Shown: positions 33,623-38,229 of the stretch, piece after piece
Layout of the letters: every line of letters starts with the position of its first letter
How positions within the stretch are numbered: position 1 is the stretch's first letter
From: Octopus bimaculoides
Lineage: Eukaryota
Reading direction: 5' to 3'
Assembly: GCF_001194135.2 (NCBI RefSeq)
Contig: NC_068992.1
Location: 3,589,727-3,627,955, forward strand
Length of the DNA: 38,229 bases
The notes under the pieces: generated by a model
Seen by the model: the letters and a program-made list of their open reading frames with translations, nothing else
What the model was told of the DNA's origin: nothing
Databases searched by the model: none
Position numbers and translations under genes: made by a program

Positions 33623-34004
33623 GTCTATTTATATTTCTGCATGTATGTGTCTCTATGTGGATGTGTGCCTGTATGCATTCGTGTGATTGCTGTAGACGTT
33701 ACCGCTCGAACTTGAATTTGTGCCATTAGATTTATGAGTTATCGGTTACCTGTTAATTTACGTATATTTGTTTTGTGACTAATTATTGCTATATATACAT
33801 TCACCATTAATCACCAATTTTGATGGGAAAACTTGAACAGTATGGATGTGTTGTCAACTAATGTTTTTCTAACTAGTTCTGTCTCGTGTTGTGTGGTGTA
33901 TGTATGTTTGTAATTCAAACTTTCTATCCGTGTTTGAAAGTATAAAATGTATACATACACACATATTGTATAAATGTTGCCCAAATATATTTCATGGTTG
34001 CGTG

Positions 34005-34252
34005 ATTAAGAAATTTACTTCGAAACCGTTTAGTTTTGGACTCAGTCACTCTATATAGCACCTTTGGCAAGAGTCTTCTGTCCAGGCCTGCAAGTTCGAA
34101 GGAGCGGGCTCGAATGGTACTTATTTTATCGACCTCAAAAGGATGAATGGTTAAGTCGACTTCGGTGGAATTTGAACTCAGAATGTAAAGACGGACGAAA
34201 TACTCCTAAATATTTTGTCCGGCCTACTAACAACTCTTCCATCTCGCCACCT
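34005..34252. mobile_element. Family B SINE head (+, ~34005-34085) followed by a family A SINE (-, ~34114-34252)
   Basis: gcacctttggcaagagtcttct is the family B motif. ggtacttattttatcgacc...ggaatttgaactcagaatgtaaagacggacgaaatac is family A. Confidence 0.7.
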
Positions 34253-35265
34253 TAATTGGCATAACGCTTTCATTTTCTATCTTCTTCATATTCATATTTT
34301 CTATAATGTTATCTTTTATCATTTACTTGTTCTAGACATCACTCTCTCTCTTTATCTGTCTATATATATATGTATATATATATANNNNNNNNNNNNNNNN
34401 NNNNNNNNNNNNNNNNNNNNNNNNNNNNNNNNNNNNNNNNNNNNNNNNNNNNNNNNNNNNNNNNNNNNNNNNNNNNNNNNNNNNNNNNNNNNNNNNNNNN
34501 NNNNNNNNNNNNNNNNNNNNNNNNNNNNNNNNNNNNNNNNNNNNNNNNNNNNNNNNNNNNNNNNNNNNNNNNNNNNNNNNNNNNNNNNNNNNNNNNNNNN
34601 NNNNNNNNNNNNNNNNNNNNNNNNNNNNNNNNNNNNNNNNNNNNNNNNNNNNNNNNNNNNNNNNNNNNNNNNNNNNNNNNNNNNNNNNNNNNNNNNNNNN
34701 NNNNNNNNNNNNNNNNNNNNNNNNNNNNNNNNNNNNNNNNNNNNNNNNNNNNNNNNNNNNNNNNNNNNNNNNNNNNNNNNNNNNNNNNNNNNNNNNNNNN
34801 NNNNNNNNNNNNNNNNNNNNNNNNNNNNNNNNNNNNNNNNNNNNNNNNNNNNNNNNNNNNNNNNNNNNNNNNNNNNNNNNNNNNNNNNNNNNNNNNNNNN
34901 NNNNNNNNNNNNNNNNNNNNNNNNNNNNNNNNNNNNNNNNNNNNNNNNNNNNNNNNNNNNNNNNNNNNNNNNNNNNNNNNNNNNNNNNNNNNNNNNNNNN
35001 NNNNNNNNNNNNNNNNNNNNNNNNNNNNNNNNNNNNNNNNNNNNNNNNNNNNNNNNNTGTATGACGTAGTGGAAGAAATTAGTAGCAGGACTGGTTAGTG
35101 GACGCTTATAGACAGTGTTAGGTAGAAGGTCAACAGGTGGTTTTTTGAGTATGTGTGCGTTCGTGTTTGTGTGGGGTTGTAGGTGTTGGGTACGTGTACG
35201 TGTGTGTGTGTATTTTGTATGTGCGCGTGTGTGTATGTGTATGTTTTTGTGCGTGCGTGTGTGTT

Positions 35266-35299
<34 letters not shown>

Positions 35300-35314
35300 T
35301 GCATATATGTATGT

Positions 35315-35478
35315 ATACACACACATACGACGGTCTTTTCAGTTTCTGTTTACCGAAACCACTCCCAAGGATTCGGTCAGCCCAAGGCTATAGTAGAGGA
35401 CACATGCTCAAGATACCACACAGTTGGGACTGAACCTGGAACTACGTAGTTAGGATACAAACTTCATATCCCACATTC
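35315..35478 (-). mobile_element. SINE family B, 5' portion
   Basis: catacgacggtcttttcagtttctg...ggctatagtagaggacacatgctcaaga...gggactgaacc is homologous to 4005-4160. Confidence 0.8.
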
Positions 35479-35504
35479 ATTATTACTATTGTTTTTTTTG
35501 TTTT

Positions 35505-35860
35505 TGCTTCCATATTACCTTCCGATGCTTTATATTCGCCAATTCCCTTGTCTTCCAGGCCTTCTCCACATTTCGCTATAATAAATTCACATCAACTCAT
35601 AAATGACTTCTGGCTCGTTTGTTTCTTAATTGACAATCATGGGGGGAAAAACAACAAATATTGGCTACTAAATTTATCATCCTACCATTGGACATTTTGT
35701 TCAGCTATGTTTATTTTCGTAACCAGAGATGACGTCTGGCATAACGTAGACTGTTCCGTCCTAGCTGTCATTATTCTTCCTGAAAATCCTGAATATATAG
35801 GATCAAAAATATCTTGTCACCAGCATATTTTTCTTCATCACGTGACTGTCGAATTAATGA
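35505..35860 (-). pseudogene. Degraded pogo/Tigger-type transposase fragment (CENP-B-type HTH region)
   Basis: A minus-strand frame with three stops reads ...IIAKCGEGLEDKGIGEYKASEG, resembling the Tigger motif EKAxxxAxxLGIxDFKASxGW. Confidence 0.45.
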
Positions 35861-35866
35861 AAACAA

Positions 35867-35908
<42 letters not shown>

Positions 35909-36599
35909 NNNNNNNNNNNNNNNNNNNNNNNNNNNNNNNNNNNNNNNNNNNNNNNNNNNNNNNNNNNNNNNNNNNNNNNNNNNNNNNNNNNNNNNNNNNN
36001 NNNNNNNNNNNNNNNNNNNNNNNNNNNNNNNNNNNNNNNNNNNNNNNNNNNNNNNNNNNNNNNNNNNNNNNNNNNNNNNNNNNNNNNNNNNNNNNNNNNN
36101 NNNNNNNNNNNNNNNNNNNNNNNNNNNNNNNNNNNNNNNNNNNNNNNNNNNNNNNNNNNNNNNNNNNNNNNNNNNNNNNNNNNNNNNNNNNNNNNNNNNN
36201 NNNNNNNNNNNNNNNNNNNNNNNNNNNNNNNNNNNNNNNNNNNNNNNNNNNNNNNNNNNNNNNNNNNNNNNNNNNNNGAATATACGAAAAAACAACAGAC
36301 GAGGACAGGTGGTGTAAATAATATAAGCGTAAGAGGAAATGGAAAATGGATGTGCTTAGTGCGCGACAAATTTTCCGTTCTGGTTACGATTCTCATTAGT
36401 AAGAATGTCTGGGCTGAATTATTAACCTTTATTCTGTCATTTTTGTTTATATGTTAATGTATGATGTATGAGTATATATGTGTGTATGTATACACGTATA
36501 TATGTACGTATATATGTGGATGTATATACATACGTGTATGTGTGTGTGTGTGTATTTGTTTTTGTGTTTTTCTTAGTAATATATCGTTTGTTTCTGTCA

Positions 36600-36785
36600 T
36601 TGTATAGCGGCCAAGCTGGGGCTCCACCTTAAATGTTTTTAGTCAAACAAAAAAACTTCTATACTAATGTTTTTAGTCTGTCGGTATCTTTTGGTGAACA
36701 GCTAAGTTATGGGGACGTAAATTAACCATCATACATGCATACACACATATATATAGATACTTACACACGTACACACGCACACACA

Positions 36786-36834
<49 letters not shown>

Positions 36835-36922
36835 GCACACACACGACGGGTTTTATTCAGTTGCCGTCTAGCAAATCCACACAGAAGGTTTTGGTCGACC
36901 GAGGCTGTAGAAGAAGACACTT
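36600..36922 (-). mobile_element. SINE family B lacking its tRNA head, fused to a Tc1 fragment
   Basis: gcggccaagctggggctccacc...gctaagttatggggacgtaa...(CA)n...acgacgggttttattcagt...gaggctgtagaagaagacac. Confidence 0.75.
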
Positions 36923-37270
36923 TTCTGATTGCAGCCCTCACATGAAATCCGGCTTTGTGCATCTCCCGGCGAACAGTTTTTGTGGAAACTGGGATCTCGA
37001 GGAGGTTTCTGCAGTAATCTTGGGAGCTGTATTTTTGTGATCCTTTCTAACAATTCGCGAAAGAGTCAAACGGTTTCCGTCTGAAAGTTTTGGTTTTCTT
37101 TCAGAGTTTTGTTTCGACGAGGAATTTTTTCCCTCTTTCCCAAAGGCTGTCATTACTTTCGAAAGAATACTTCTTGATATACGAAGCATGTTCGCTATTT
37201 TCGTTACGCTAGCACCTGCCATACGGGCACCAAGAATTTGACCTCTTTGAAAGTCCGATAGATCTGTCAT
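36921..37270 (-). mobile_element. Tc1/mariner transposase N-terminal (paired-like HTH) fragment, frameshifted and truncated
   Basis: MTDLSDFQRGQILGARMAGASVTKIANMLRISRSILSKVMTAFGKEGKNSSSKQNSERKPKLS...LSRIVRKDHKNTAPKITAE, then after a frameshift PVSTKTVRREMHKAGFHVRAAIRK. This is the classic Tc1 GRPR-like/HTH region. No DDE domain is present. Confidence 0.9.
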
Positions 37271-37326
37271 GTGCATACGTACATATATATGCGAGTATAC
37301 GTGCGTATATGTAAGTATTCGTATGT

Positions 37327-37357
<31 letters not shown>

Positions 37358-38229
37358 TCTACATAAATAAAGGAATCTGCGAACGTAGGTGGGCAGTGAA
37401 GACAGCTAAGAAAATCGAGTAAACACTCGCCTTTAGAAAAAAAAAAGGGGGGGGGGGAATTGCCCGCGAGATTCTACAGTCAACCGAAGTATTCGTATGT
37501 TGTATATATATATTTGTATTTATGTACTATTTTGTGTATATTCCACTGATGAAGCAAAGCATTTCTTATGCAAAGTCAGAAATTCGGGATCTGGAATTAT
37601 CCAATATTTTTTTTGCTAGTTTATTTTGTCTCTTTGTCTTCTCTCCTGGTGCTGTATGAATATTTGATGCGGTTTTAGAGTCAAGTTTTGACTGCTATTT
37701 CTAGCATGATGATATCGTTTAGATACCTTGAATTATAATTTTATATATATATAGCGTGTAGTGTTTATAGTAGAAGTCTAAGGAAGGTTACAAGCAGTGC
37801 GATGTCTTAACGACGACGAAACAGAGGGTGAGGTATGGTGAGAGGAGGCTGCTGATGTGAAAAAGAAAACAAACGCACCGAACCAAAAGCAAAACAAATA
37901 AAAAAAAAGCAGCGTGTAAATGTTATAGTTGATGTTGCGTTGCGTGGTGAGGGAGTGTGAGTGTCGTGTGCAGGGGTGTGGGTGTGTCTGTGTATGTGTG
38001 GTCGAGATGGGTGGGGGTGGAGGAATGGTAGTTGCCCTGGTGAAATTACTGCTGATTGTGATAGTGTTGGTGTTAGTGGCGGTGATAGTGGTGGTGGTGG
38101 TGGTGATGGTATTTGGTTCCTGATGAGATTCGTAAGTTCAAAGAAGCTGAGGCCGTTTTGGTAAATGGTTAAAGGTTAGAAAGGTCAAAACATTCCTCGA
38201 TGGTGGGCTAAATATTTGAAGGGCGTTGA

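Noticed and set aside
35548-35870. Plus-strand ORF MSSRPSPHFAII...
   Set aside because: It is the antisense shadow of the degraded pogo/Tigger fragment and extends only through (AT)n and a gap.
1313-36396. Long ORF-track entries full of X, and YI/CV/RE/HT-repeat ORFs
   Set aside because: They are open only because they cross N-gaps or dinucleotide microsatellites.

Overview
This is AT-rich, microsatellite-dense animal genomic DNA from a gapped draft assembly, with nine large N-runs, most flanked by (AT)n. The repeat content (several tRNA-derived SINE families at high density, Penelope-like fragments, an R4/Dong LINE) suggests an octopus or other coleoid cephalopod; this is inferred from remembered repeat consensus sequences, not a database search. 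Most ORF-track entries are artefacts of N-runs or simple repeats. The one convincing host coding sequence is an uninterrupted 203-aa ORF (7625-8236, +) with no recognisable family. It carries a basic patch, an RxRxxS kinase site and an LxxIxE (PP2A-B56 docking) motif with an acidic tail. The remainder is a mosaic of SINEs (three with clear target-site duplications, one a head-to-tail dimer), degraded Tc1, pogo/Tigger, R4/Dong and CR1/L2 fragments, and Penelope-like termini carrying minimal hammerhead-ribozyme motifs. There is also a duplicated ~250-bp element (25.5 kb and 27.1 kb) whose copies both keep a splice acceptor, an ATG-led micro-ORF, a splice donor and two palindromes. No rRNA, bona fide tRNA, CRISPR array or known miRNA was recognised.
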